64,000 nucleotides of DNA from Octopus sinensis (GCF_006345805.1 NC_043004.1:15004001-15068000), one strand, 5' to 3'; shown: positions 1-13,404, counted from the first letter of the stretch. A program made the numbers and translations. The notes: generated from the sequence alone by a model not told the origin.

Positions 1-936
1 AACTCATCAAGAACAAGAAGAAACATACCATCTCAGTTGCAGTTTGAGTATCGATCCAATACTACGTACGAAATAGAAATAGCTTAAGCAACCTTTAAAA
101 CAGTTTTAGTTAAAATTACATTTTATTCGAAACTTATCGCTAGTTTATAATTTACCTTTAAACGAGATATATCTGACATTCTACATGAATAAAATAAATT
201 AAAAGAAATATAATGAAATGGTTCATTATTCTCAGACAAAACTAGATAAGAAACATTCTCCTCTCTGACAGCAACTGTTTGTGTGAAGAAAAAACAATGA
301 AGTCAAATATAGAGACAAAACGATGACGACAATCATATTCGTAATTTCATATCTGTGGTGTTAGCAATGCTATGAATCATAGAAAGGAAACTAATGAATT
401 AGAAAATACAAGAACTACATAAGTACTGTAAAATAACAGCTGTTTATTTAATTTTCGACTAGCATCAGCTTCTTTAATCCCTTTTCTTGTACGTTAGCAT
501 TCCCTTCTGTTTTAGTAAATTATTAAATCTTACCCGCTTTTTGATTAAATAAAATTTAAAGCGATTTAATGCATTTGTGCAATAAACAAAATATACGTAA
601 AACAAACTCATTAAGCGAAATGTTATTAGCTAAATGTACATGTTTAGGGAGTAAATGGCTTAATCAGAATAATAGAGATCCAGTGTTTGGGCGAATGATA
701 AGTTCGTTAAAGCATAAGATGAAGTGTTACATAGCTTAAGACGAATTTGATATTATGCTTAATCTTTAGAAGTATATACTGATTTAAGGAAATTATTCTT
801 AATGTAACACCCCGGCAACTATGAATAAAGTGATAAATATTTGAAGGCCTTGTTTAGTTGAAATATGAGGTCCAAAACGCTCTGGCATTCCATACACCTG
901 TGTATATTTAAGTAAGGAATTTTTCAAATATTTATA

Positions 937-968
<32 letters not shown>

Positions 969-1690
969 CATGTATGTGTGTGTGTGTATGTGTAAATATC
1001 ACACACGACTAATCATATCCCCCATCTCCCCCATAAATATATATGTTCACACATCTGGTTGAAATCTATCAACGATGCCGCCGTGAGATCTGCGATCGAA
1101 TTTCATTGATATGGCCCTGTACAGGCATTGTATCTCCCTCTCTGGATGGACTAACTCTAAGATTATTTTCCTTCACGAAATGAAAAGATCTGTTTGCTAG
1201 GTTTCAAGCAGCATCTACTGCCTCATATTTGCTAACGCAGTTTGTCCATAATGAGTATAAGATTGCATATTAAAATGTCATGCCAAAGTATGTTACTATT
1301 GATAATTCCAGGATAATTCAATGCATGTAAACAAAAAGCTCTGGTGACAATCATCACCTGCACACGGATAATATATTTGAAATTAAAAAATGTTTCGCTT
1401 ATACAGTATCAATTTGACTTATTGACGCACATCCAATATCATTATTAGTAAATTAAATGATTTCATCACTAAGTATTATAATGGCAGTAGTTAAAAATTA
1501 TAGTTATTCACCTATCATATTTTTCTTCAAAATGGTATTCTCCTACAGAGGACGCTGTCAACACAGCTTAAGAGCACATGCGTACTGATCATTCTCGGCA
1601 GTCTTCAATTGGACCCGTTTTACATGTATGTATGTATGTATGTATGTATGTATGTATGTATGTATGGATGGATGGATGGATGGATGGATG

Positions 1691-1885
1691 GATGTTAGGC
1701 TGTTCGAGGAAAAGCGCCTCAAGAGCCTAGACCAGAAGCGACAAGCCCGAAAAGAGAGGATCCCCAACCCTACTTCTGTTGTTAAGTACCCACCATGTGG
1801 CTGAGTCTGCGCGTCTGCCTTCGGGTTACATTCGCACCACCGGCGTCACTGACGTCATTGTCGAACCCCGACAGACTTCCATCAT
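1691..1885 (+). mobile_element. 3' fragment of an RTE-clade-like non-LTR retrotransposon
   Basis: Translates FEEKRLKSLDQKRQARKERIPNPTSVVKYPPCG*VCASAFGLHSHHRRH*, resembling the C-terminal CxxC..GLxSHxRxH zinc finger of RTE-type ORFs. A short 3'UTR and a (TATG)n tail follow. Confidence 0.7.
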
Positions 1886-2767
1886 GTATGTATGTATGTA
1901 TGTATGTATGTATTTATTTGTGTGCATATATGTGTATGTATGTATGTGTATGTGTGTGTGTTTATTTGAGTGTGTATATATTTCTGTGTGTGCATGTAGT
2001 GTGTATGTGTGTGTTTGTGTGTGTTTATACATATGTCCTTATTGTATTCAATGATATTTAAAAGTAAATACTTCATTTGAATTCTAATATTGTGTTTAAA
2101 ATTTTCCGAAATCGATACCATAATTTCATGGTGCAGAAAGTCACTCACTTTGTTTCATGAATAAACGACTTTAAAAATTTTTCTTTTTCTAAAATTTATT
2201 TGATAGAAAAGAATAAATCATGTATAGTCTTATAATCTCTTCTGATGAGAGCCATTTTGATTATAATATTTGATTTTATATGAAATATGAATATACCAAA
2301 CAAAATATCTTCTCAATTGAAGGTTAGGAAAAGCAATATATTTTCAATATTAATTGGCAACATATCCATGATACTTCTCACAATATCATGCAGACAATAT
2401 CCTGAGTAACTGGTCAATCCTACTTTTTCTATTCTCTGAAATTTCTTTCGCTGTCCGAAGAAGAGCGAAACTTGAAACGTCCTGTTTTCACTTATAATTT
2501 TCCATCTAAAATTTTCATCGAGCCTCAAGCTAATATATTCATTAAATGTGAACGGTTATAATATTTTTGTTGTAATAGTACAATAGTCGGATGTGCTTCT
2601 ATAGTGTATACTATCGTTGGCTGAAAGATTTTTCGACAATTTACACATATCATTGGATACAAGACATGTAAATCTACAGATTCTGAACAGACTAGCTCAT
2701 GATGAACACAAATGTGAAGCAGAGTTGCAGAGCAAATAATTTTAATATCAACATTAATATGAAGAGG

Positions 2768-2975
2768 AAGGCAGCGAGCTGACAGGTTCGTTAGCACGCC
2801 TAGCGAAATGCTTAGCAGCATTTCGTATGTCTGAAGAATCTCATTTGTAATTCTGCCGAGGTCGATTTTTTTTATTCATCTTTTCAGAGGTTGATAAAAT
2901 AAGTACCAGTCGAGCACTGGAATCGATGTAATCGATTTAACCCCAGCCACGAAATTGCTAACGCTATTCCAGGAT
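2768..2975 (+). mobile_element. tRNA-derived SINE, family B (decayed)
   Basis: aaggcagcgagctgacagg..cgttagcacgcc..gccgaggtcga..aagtaccag..tcgatgtaatcga; similar to the copies at 25894, 61229 and 63330. Confidence 0.8.
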
Positions 2976-4799
2976 TTGATAACGATATTACGAGAAGAGA
3001 TTTGATATTAATATCACGAGGAGAGAACATTAACGTTTTGCTTAATAGTATTTTTATCATTTCGGCGAAAGGCAACTGAGGACATCTTCCGACTTTACTA
3101 ATATTCTGTAACAATATGTATACATCACCGTGCTACACCATGTAGTGTGATTATTACAGAATAGTTTACATTAGATGTGAATGTTAGGAACAAAATAACG
3201 ATCCTCTAGGACGGCAGCATACTAAGCTTGTTATGTGAAAATTCAAAGAAGAAATATGCCAATGTAAAAATAGCTAATAATAGAAGATTTCCTTGTGTAT
3301 AATATTTCACCTGCCTCATTCTAATTCCATAACCGAATAATATAAATCAAATTAATTATAGATGCATATGTTATGGATGTATTCTAAGCACGCTGCGATA
3401 TAAAGATAATTTAAATCTATAGAGAACACTGTCATCTAATAAAAAATATTAATAACAACGAAAATATAAATATAAGTAAAAGGATTAAACATATGGTAAT
3501 GCCAAATGAAAACAAACAAACACTTGAAGCATAAAGCATTAATTAAGTGTTACAGTAATTATTCACCTAGGGTTTATTTAAAGACTGTGTACTTAATGTA
3601 CACTAATAATACTCATTGGAATGGCATATGCATAATATATATATTTTTACCGCTCCATGCTAATGTAAAGAACAATACAGTTATTTAATTAACCAAAGTT
3701 GGAATGCAGCTAGAAGCTTCATGTTATGTACTGATATTTTACTTCAAGTTAGTATAAAGATGAATTCTTAGGTTTTTGTTTTCTTTATTATTTCGTGCAA
3801 TCAGATTCTTGCATATATTACTGTTATCAGGTATTAAAAAAACTAGTTAGTATTTTCATGTTGTCTTTTCAACATGTCGACATAAACAGCACGGTTGAGA
3901 AAAAAAAAACATTATTGCTCTACTGGTTACATTATTGTTTAAAATTAATTTTGTCTCTTAAATATAACAAATCAATAATTTATTCTTTTGACCAAACAGT
4001 ACTGATCAATATTATATTACCTGTCAAATTGTTAATATATTACTCCACTTTATACAATTTTCTGACAAGCTAAAAATACAGATGCTTTATTACTGCATCA
4101 TCTAGAGCTTTCAGCTAAATAGCACATGATTGAGTGTATAAACCAAAATAGACTAAAATCATTGAAAGCAATTAAAGTCACAAATTAGGGAAGTTACAAA
4201 CTGTAGATTCGACAAATATGACTGAAATAGTAGCTTCAACCATCATGATATAATCCTCCTCCCATCGTTTTTTCAGCTGGAAGTGGGTTTCAGTTTCAAC
4301 TGTTCCTATTATGTTGAAAAGAGAATAACTGGGATGATTGAACCACAACAGTGCTAGCAGTTAGGTTCATGAAATGGTTTAACCCAGAAATCAGGCCATC
4401 AGCTTAGAAGAGAACAGAAAGGAATTAATCACTACTAATCAAATTAATATAATTCGATTTGTTTTTCATCGTAATATCTAGTTTTTAATGTAATAATATC
4501 ATTCCTTATACCAAAGGCACAATAGCTGTGCAGAGATTGCCTACAAATACTTTTATGGCTTTCTATCACCACGCATTTGATTTGAACTTACTTTTCAGAC
4601 ATTTATGGTAGTTCTAAGAAGCAGGGCTTACAAACTTTTTGTGCTTTCATCCCATATGCACTTTTACACTTGGAAAGGAAAATTATGTTATAGAATTCAT
4701 TTGTAATAAAATTTGATGTTACTTTGGTATCAGCTGTAAAAGATAAAGTGGCAGGGGTATGTATGTATGTCCACACACACACATATTCACACAAATATA

Positions 4800-6240
4800 A
4801 ATATGTCCACACCATTCAACACCAGTAGCATGAGAGAAATTGCACGACAGGAACATGAAAGTGTGGAAAAACGTCTCAATGCACACATAGGAACGTGGTG
4901 TAACATACTCCAACCCAAGAAACGGACTGCACAAAATTTCCAAGTATTCAGCAATGATGGTCCTACGCTACACGGCTTGCGTAAGAACCATAAACCCTAC
5001 GTAAACCCTGTTATGGCGTCCTCAACCCGGTCAGTTTGTGGATCGAATATCTCCAGCAATTACAGGCTTATTTCCTCTCACAGGTGTTACTCATTGAAAT
5101 GTCCCCGGATGTGTGATTGAGCACGGAGGAGCAGTAATATCAACCACTGCAACGACCTTACAGGTTGTGTAGTGGGTAGTATGGATGTAGTTTCACTCTA
5201 TCCATCTATAGACATACATGTGAGAGTGAGGTAGAGTCCGGTGAAGTCAACACGAGGGAAAAGGGTCTACTCCTTAAAGTGAGCTATGACAGTAATTACC
5301 TAGACAACCATGACCTTCGTATATTCTGCCCCACCAGGTCACAGAGAGGAAGACATTCATCATCAACTCGGTAGTGAAGAAAAGCACTGTAGAACACTGA
5401 AGTGGACCATAACTACCCAGTACCCTGAGAACAACATTCAAATGAAAAGAATGATTACACATGCAATAAAAGCTAGCATAAGAACCACGTTGAAAACCCA
5501 CACAATAAAGTTCCACAGGAAACTATTTATGCAAGGTCAAGGTGCAGTCATTTGCGTTGATGTGGCTGGAGATATGTCTGGTCTCTTCATGACCTGGTGG
5601 AACAGAAAACTTAATCCTTAGCTGAACAATCTGCAACTGTATTGCTTAACTGTTGTTGGGTAGATGACATAAATATTCTAGTTGGGACACATTCTATGAA
5701 CTGTAGTGTAGAAACCGTCAGTATTATAATGGAGAGCATCCAGCACATAGCTAACTCTATCCACCAAAGTATTAAGGTAACTACAGATTAACCCGCTAGG
5801 CACCCTAATGATAGACACCCTGTCCTTGATATTAAACATTGCTTAGAGACTGGGAAGAACAGAGTGCAGCTCCTCCATTCCTATTACATGAAATCTATGG
5901 CTTCTAAATATGTTGTTCAGAAGAATTCATGTTTGTCACAAAACATAAAAACCAACATATTGATAGCAAACTTAGGATAATAAAAAAACGTGTCCTCACT
6001 ATGCGAACGCAGTAAATCTAAGAAACATGTACTGAGTTTTATGCACCGCATGCAGTTCTCTGGATATGAGCAGATATGAGTTGGATATTGCAGAGAGACT
6101 TAATTTACATTTGAGACAATATGACGACAAAACACACTCCTCCATACTAACATGCCAAAACACCAACATGGAGGCACACCGAGCCGACTTGACATCCGTA
6201 TTTTATCCAAGCACCCGGACACGACACAGATAGATACAGG
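4800..6240 (+). pseudogene. Decayed Penelope-like element reverse transcriptase
   Basis: Ordered RT-like motifs across broken frames: LHGLRKNHK..STRSVCG, VVGSMDVVSLYPSID (~5170), HTIKFHRKLFMQGQG..SGLFMTWW, WVDDI (~5657), HPVLD, YYMKSMAS, RMQFSGY. Many stops and frameshifts; ends approximate. Confidence 0.75.
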
Positions 6241-6274
6241 GGTACATCCTCATAAATGAAGCCTATATATATAT

Positions 6275-6319
<45 letters not shown>

Positions 6320-8010
6320 TTTATATGTACTTTGTGCTTAATTTATGCACGCTGACCGGGATTAATTATTTAGTCGGTCACGTAAATCCCAGTTCTCTTC
6401 ACTTTTACGCTATTTTCTAGAGCCTTAAATGTTCTTACGAGATTGAGATCCATCATGTACTTTTTGCATTTCATAATAAACATTAATACTTACCACTGTG
6501 GTCAACGGACTTTCAGAAAGTTTTAGATGGCTAATTTTCAGAAGGTATTGAAGACCCGGTAATTTACATAACGTTTAACACAAGTCACTCAATATATCCA
6601 CTATGGCTAATATATTTTACTGAAGATTACTTGGAGCAACGGTAGGCTTATTATACAGAAATAAATGAGAAAAGACTGCGAAATAATTTTGACTCATCAA
6701 ATCTGACCATCTGCGAAAGTCTAAGTCAGAAATATGGATTTACAACGAAAATAAAATTTAATGTATTTGTATCAATAGTAACTTTGAGATGAGCATTACA
6801 TACCACAAGCAGCGTATATCATATAATGAAGTGGTTGAAAGTGATAATCTCCCCAGATTCTTATATTATCAGACATTGATAGTTGGAGCTAAATTATGGT
6901 GAATAATAGACATAAATATTATTGTATTCTTCGTCAATCTTATCACCGATAATAAAAATGTCTTCAATAAAGAGAATATCTTTATGGTAGAAAGTTACAT
7001 ATGCCGCGATGAACACGATCCAATGCCCATATGACATTAATATGTCTAAAATTATGTGAAACTGCTGTTCGGAAACTGTTATTAAGAAAATTACAACTAT
7101 TATGGTGTGATATTACTAGAGCTAGTTGAATTAAAAATGAAGAAAAGGCCGCATTATGTGTTCTGTAACACTGACACTAAGTGGAAAGAAAGTATGATAA
7201 CTGCCACTGATATACAATTTAACAATATGGCAATCATAATTTCTTACCACATAATAATTTCGTCGGTTGTATAACAATCTACAAAAAAAAAATAATAATA
7301 TTCCATATCTAGAAAATAGAATTCTCAAGTACTTCCTTTATAATTACAGAGACGTGTGTTGAAATAGCCAAACGCGAGACAAACAGAAACTTATTTCGTG
7401 AAGCTGCTATATCTAACCAAACTGCATGTGTATGCACGTTCCACTTGGGTATTCATAGCAAGTGACATTCATCAATATTGTATTAGCTATATCGATGGTT
7501 GATGGATAAATTTTCTGTGTTATGCAAAGAAATCGGCGTTAAATAGTTGACATTGAGAGTCGAAATTACATTATCGAAAGTATTCCATCAAATTTTCCAC
7601 TACAGCAGGAATCAGTTCATCATACATTGTCTTTAACATCGAGAGTTTCCAAATGTAATTATATATTGCATTGACTATGATAAACATCTTCCTGAAGAAA
7701 TGACCAAGAGTAACCGAACTAACGGGAAAACTGAACAAAATGACGACCGAGTATACGTATATTACACGTGCAGACGGAAGTGCCAAAGTAATTACACGGT
7801 CTCTCGATCGACCTGCTAGAAATAGTAGCAAAAATGTCCTAATAAAAATCACCTTATCATTTCAAATATTAAATGTTAGATTAGCTATTAGTCTAAAATA
7901 TGTGAACGTAACCAAAGAAATGGTTTGGTTTAAAAATATCTCCGTTCAGAATATATCAGAGTTTAAACAGCAAACGTAACAAGAACAATGACGACGGCAA
8001 CAACGAAGTG

Positions 8011-8230
8011 GAGGCACAATGGCCCAGTGTTTAGGGCAGCCGACTCGCGGTCGTAAAAACGCGGTTTCGGTTCCCAAACAGGTCACTGTGAGTGTTTATT
8101 GAGCAAAAACACCCAAGCTCGACGAGTCTCCGCGGAGTGGTGGTCAACCCCGCTGTACTCTTTCACTACAACTTTTCTTCTCTTTCTTCATACTTTCTCT
8201 CACTCTTTCCTCAATCTTCTGTCACAAAAC
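8011..8230 (+). mobile_element. tRNA-derived SINE, family C
   Basis: tRNA-like head gaggcacaatggcccagtgtttagggcagccgactcgcggtc..ggtttcggttccc with A/B-box-like motifs. The same head is at 29465. Confidence 0.8.
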
Positions 8231-8505
8231 AGAGGAATCATGGTGTAACCCACTATGGTGTGGTAAACTTTCAGACCCTAGTCTAGATTGAGAATCCTCT
8301 GTACAGCAGGATGGATCAGCTCGCCACCCGTTAAAAAGCCACCGTTTACGGAATGAGGATAACAACGTAGATTTCGCGCCCGTACAACCGCCAATCTATC
8401 GTGTGTGGTGGGTGGATCTTCAAGTTGCCGCACGCATTCTTAGTAGCTCAGAGTAAGCTCGAATTAGAGATTATTCTTTGTGGCTAATGGCGTGAATCCT
8501 CATTG

Positions 8506-8560
8506 GAAGAAGAAGAAGAAGAAGAAGAAGAAGAAGAAGAAGAAGAAGAAGAAGAAGAAG
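8506..8560 (+). repeat. (GAA)n microsatellite, possibly a retroposon tail
   Basis: Pure GAA run ending a ~270-bp GC-richer segment that follows the family C SINE. Confidence 0.9.
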
Positions 8561-8970
8561 AAAAGAATGACAATATGTTACAGCCTTGAGCTTACTTGTC
8601 TCTGTGCGAAGAGTTTGACACATTCCAGCCAAACGGAATTCAATATTATACATTACACAAATGTGTCTTTAAAAGTTTACGTAGCACAATAGTGTGTCAT
8701 GCAATGTTGTTTAGTATTCCAGGCAAATAATAAGATTCTATGTCAAAATGTGTGAAAAATACAAGCTGAAATCCAAAATTCAATAACGAAAATATATCGT
8801 TGAAAACTTGTCTACTAACTAAATTCTGAATGGAAATTCAGTATAGTACGAAAAAGAAAAAAAAGAAGAACTAGCGTGGTTCACCTATCGTGGTTGATTG
8901 CTCCATGGTGCTGTTTTGCATTTCTAATAAAATAAATATATACAAATTATAAAAATAATAAAAAAATATA

Positions 8971-9376
8971 CATAGGCACAGGAGTGGCTGTGTGTTAAAT
9001 AGCTTGCATACCAACTACATGGTTCCGGGTTCAGTCCCACTGCATGGCACCTTGGGCAAGTGTCTTCTAATATAGCCTCGGGCCAACCAAAGCCTTGTGT
9101 TTGGAGTTGGTAGATGGAGACTGAAAGAAACCCGTCGTATATATGTGTATATATATATATATGGATGTGTGTATATGTTTGTCCCCCACCAACATCGCTT
9201 GACAACCAATGCTGGTGTGTTTAAGTCCCCGCAACTTAGCGGTTCGGCAAAAGAGACCGATAGAATAAATACTAGGCTTCCAAAGAATAAGTCCTGGGGT
9301 CGATTTGCTCGACTAAAGGCGGTGCGACAGCATGGCCGCGGTCAAATGACTGAAACAAGTAAAAGAGAATAAAAGT
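8971..9376 (+). mobile_element. tRNA-derived SINE, family A (full length, internal TA/TG microsatellite)
   Basis: Head ggagtggctgtgtg..ggttccgggttcagtccc, body cttgggcaagtgtcttcta..aaagccttg, internal (TA)n, tail gactgaaacaagtaaaagag. Multiple copies in the window. Confidence 0.9.
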
Positions 9377-10457
9377 ACACTACTTTTTCTACTTCCTGGA
9401 CTTTCACCTTTCACGGGGGGTTTGGGAACGTAGCACCTGTGGTAGTCGAGGGGTTACTGAACATTAACAGGCTTCGATTTATTTTGTGCATAAAATGCGC
9501 CAAAATACCATTTATTCATTATAAAATGAACCACAAGTTAAGCAAATTTGCCACCCGATACATTCAATTACCACTTGAAATTACTCGCCAGAATATTGTC
9601 TCACACTACGGAAAAGAAATATTTCAGCACAGCTTCACGCTTGGAAAATCTTGTTAACTAACAATAATGAATTTAATATCATGAGAGAGATCTACGAGAC
9701 ATTTTTAATAAGTGTAAACAGAGTGTTAAGAGAGACAATCAAGAATTTCTTTTTACAAAGAAATTCTTGATCGTCTGTCTCGCTCCTCTCTGACTAGACC
9801 TCAAATTTGTCACCTTCCTCGTATAAAGCTAATTTATTCCAATTTTTAGATGTTTACTTAATTAACGACTCTAATAAACAAAAATGGAGATGTCGGTTGA
9901 TTTTCAACCACATCAGTACATAGTGTTGCTAGTGGTGAATCTCACAGTGTAAATTTCATTATTTGAATTAACGCATCATTTAGGCAAAGACGTGGAAAAA
10001 AAAAAAAAAAAAGAGGACACGAATTGTAATCACTAATGTATAATTAATGCTATCATTGATATTGGACATTCCGAAAATTTATTGAATGCGACAATAATTG
10101 AATAATTTTCTTTTGATATTTATTTCAGCAATTCTTGACGCAGTATATTGCATGCAGTAAATTGCTCAACCAATAAATGAATGAGCACATGCTAACGAAG
10201 ACATACATCTACATTCTACGTAGATACACAACACACACATACATACACATGTATATACATACACACACACACACATACATACACATGTACATACATACAC
10301 ACACATACGCATATATATATATATATATATGTATGTATATATAATATATATATATATATATATAATATATATATATATATTATATATATATATATCAAGG
10401 GCCAACATTTTATGCATTCAACGCAGCACTCCATGCCTTCCTTTTATCCACGGTAGT

Positions 10458-10888
10458 CTTTTACTCTTTTAATTGTTTCAGTTGTTTGACTGCGACCATG
10501 CTGGAGCACCGCCTTATGTCGAACAAATCGATCCCAGGACTTATTCTTTGGAAGCCTAGTACTTATTCTATCGGTATTTTGCGGAACCGCTAAGTTACAG
10601 GGACGTAAACACACCAGCGTCGGATTTCAAACGATGTTAGGGGGACAAACACAGACACACAAACACACACACATATATATATATATACATATATGTATAT
10701 ATATATGTGTATGTATATATATATATATATAATATATATATATATATACGACAGGCTTCTTTCAGTTTCCGTCTACCAAATCCACTCGTGAGGCTTTGGT
10801 TGGCCCGAGGCTATAGTAGAAGACACTTGCCCAAGTTGCCACGCAGTGGAATGAACCCGGGACCATGTGCTTGGTAAGCAAGCTACTT
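10458..10888 (-). mobile_element. SINE family A
   Basis: Reverse-complement match to 8971-9376 over nearly its whole length. Confidence 0.9.
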
Positions 10889-11079
10889 GTGTAATATATA
10901 ATTGATTATTAATAATTTTCACTAGATTCATTGCAGTCATATTTACATTTATGTTCGTATTCCTTCATTTCTTAGTCTAAATTGTAAACAATCGATATTA
11001 TTTAACAAGTGTAAGTAGCGAAAGCTCCAGTTTGCTTTGCGAGAAACGAAGGAAAAGCTGTGAATTAATTGATTTCCTG

Positions 11080-11460
11080 TTCGTTTGGGGAGGGAACTTC
11101 AACAAGGAAGACAAGACAAACGAGTGAGTGGTCAACAGAGAGAAAGGCGAATATTTCTGCTTACTTTCAGTCATCTGCAAGAGCAATGGTATTAGTCTCT
11201 TCGTATTCTATCATTCTCTTCGAAAAGGGAAACGAAATAAACAGGTTAGTGGTCAACAGAAAGAAAGGCAAAGAAAAGCAAACTTTTTACTGCGTGTTTT
11301 CAGTCATAGTAAGAGCAGTGGTGATATTTTCTTTGTATTATATTATATTCGAGAAGGATCTTCAAAAAGAGGGACAAAACAAAAAAGAGTGCGTGGTCAA
11401 GAATGAGAAAGACAGAGAAAATAGATATTTTACTGCATGCCTTCCAGCTGTGTTAAGCCA
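11080..11460. repeat. Diverged tandem repeat, ~120-143 bp unit, about 3 copies
   Basis: gtggtcaa recurs at ~11129, 11249 and 11392; tttcagtcat..aagagca.tggt recurs in units 1 and 2. Confidence 0.7.
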
Positions 11461-11682
11461 GCAGACACGTTGACAACTTATTTTTCTCATGAAGTGCGGA
11501 TGATGTTTTATCTGTCATGTGCAACAGAGCTTAAAAACTATCCAATTGAAAGTACTTTCCAGAGGCTTTCCTCATAGTCGGACAGTTTCGACGAGAAAGG
11601 CATATTTAGTCAATTTGCAAGATTGTTTTATTGCTTTCTGATATATTTCGTACGATTATTCGGCACCACCAAAGTGTACGCA

Positions 11683-12290
11683 TTTTATCTTTTATCTTCT
11701 ACCCGTTTCAGTCAGTAGATTGTGACCATGCTGGAGCACCATCTTAGGTCATTTTTAGTCAAATAAATCCACCCCAGTAAGTTTTTAAAACCGGATGCTT
11801 ATTCTTATGGTATCTTGTGTCGAACTGCTATGTTATGAGAACGTAAAGACACCAACACCGATTGTCAAACGTTGGTGAAGGACAAACACGCTCACACACA
11901 CACGCTCAAAAACACACACACACACAAGCACACACACATATGTATATACGACGAGTTTTTTCAGTTTTCTCTCTACCAAATCCACTTACAAGGTTTTTGT
12001 CAACCCACGGTCATAGTAGGAGAAATTTATAGAAAAACCAAACACGAAGCCAAGTGTTTGAACATTAAGCAAGTGTATTAGTTTGACACTCGGGAAAGTT
12101 AAAATGTCTTTTATGTTTCGAGCCTACGCTCTTCAACAGAAAGTAATAAGAGAAAATAAACAGAGAATTAAAACAAATCGTAGATTTTAGCGATCCAGCA
12201 TGGTGGATGTTATAGTAGAAGATACTAGTTGAAGACTGGACTTGGAACCATGTGGTTTGGGAAGCAAACTTGCTTTCTAACCATACATAC
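11683..12290 (-). mobile_element. Old SINE family A copy interrupted by a 192-bp insertion
   Basis: SINE A similarity runs 11683-12019 and resumes at 12212-12290 (tatagtagaaga..gaaccatgtggtttgggaagc). Confidence 0.75.
12020..12211 (-). mobile_element. 192-bp non-coding insert (solo PLE terminal repeat or retrozyme-like) with 7-bp TSD and hammerhead-like motif
   Basis: ATAGTAG flanks both sides (12013-12019, 12212-12218). The minus strand contains CTTT-CTGTTGA-A-GAGC-GTAG-GCTC-GAAA-CATA-AAAG. Confidence 0.65.
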
Positions 12291-13347
12291 AAAATCCTCC
12301 TGTAATTTATATCTTTCTTCATTAAAGCGAGTAAGTAGTTATATGAAGTGTGCCAAAAGTAAAGAGAGATTCAATAATTTAGTTTTCATTTCCATATTGA
12401 AGATGATGAAGCAAGAGTGTGGTGATGATACAATTTATACTAACGTGATTGATAAATTTGCCGTCAGCCCCAACCATTGTTCATCTCAGGTTGGTAATCA
12501 GCACAACCCTGAACAATGGTCGACCACCTAACTTAAAGGAGGCCACTAATGCCTCATCCAGGCACAAATGAATTACAATCGAACGAATTAGAATATCAGA
12601 ATTTGGGGCTAGTGAAGTGGAAGAAATTCTCCGATTATCACTCCTGACTGTAAACTAAACCCCCATTAAAGAACTCGGAATGTGGGGCCTCCAACTATGT
12701 CTTTCTCAGGACTTTTCCGCACTCCCTCGTATGATTACCAGATAAAAGAGTTTGAAAATATCGCTTGTTTCACACCTGTCTTCAAACTAATAGAAATATA
12801 TCTCCACGACTTCAATAACTGAATATCGAGCACTCATTTTACTTCGTATTTTTATATTTCTTGTCTTGCAACATAAATCCGTGGCTGAATTCTACACTTC
12901 CTTGTTCCAATTTTGTATCGTTACTTATTTGAGATTCTTGAATTCACTGTATATTTGAAAATATATGTGTCCTCATAAACTTATATAATTCTTAAACATT
13001 AAGTATATTGTTATATTTCCATTTTAATCCTTATACTTAATAGTTTATTTTGTTACTTATCTACTATTATTTGCATTGTAATTTCTCAAGGGAAATAGCA
13101 CATCATTATATGATACGAGACACGCCTTGAAAACTACACCAAAATTTACAATGCAACAGTAGACATTTTTGTATAGATGTAACTGTTTATCTTGAAAAAT
13201 ATTTTGATTACCATCTGAAATTTGAAGTGGCGATGTATGATTTATACAAGGCAATATTATGATATACATAATTCATTACACTGTTCTGCTGTACAAAGAA
13301 AAAAACATATAGACATACACGTTATGTATACGTATATGTATGTATAT

Positions 13348-13404
<57 letters not shown>

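Noticed and set aside
2313-2821. Possible decayed GIY-YIG on the minus strand (VLYPMICVNC; FRWKII)
   Set aside because: No YIG motif or supporting RT; the resemblance is too weak.
8011-8085. tRNA gene
   Set aside because: The tRNA-like head continues into a SINE body also present at 29465; no complete cloverleaf is evident.
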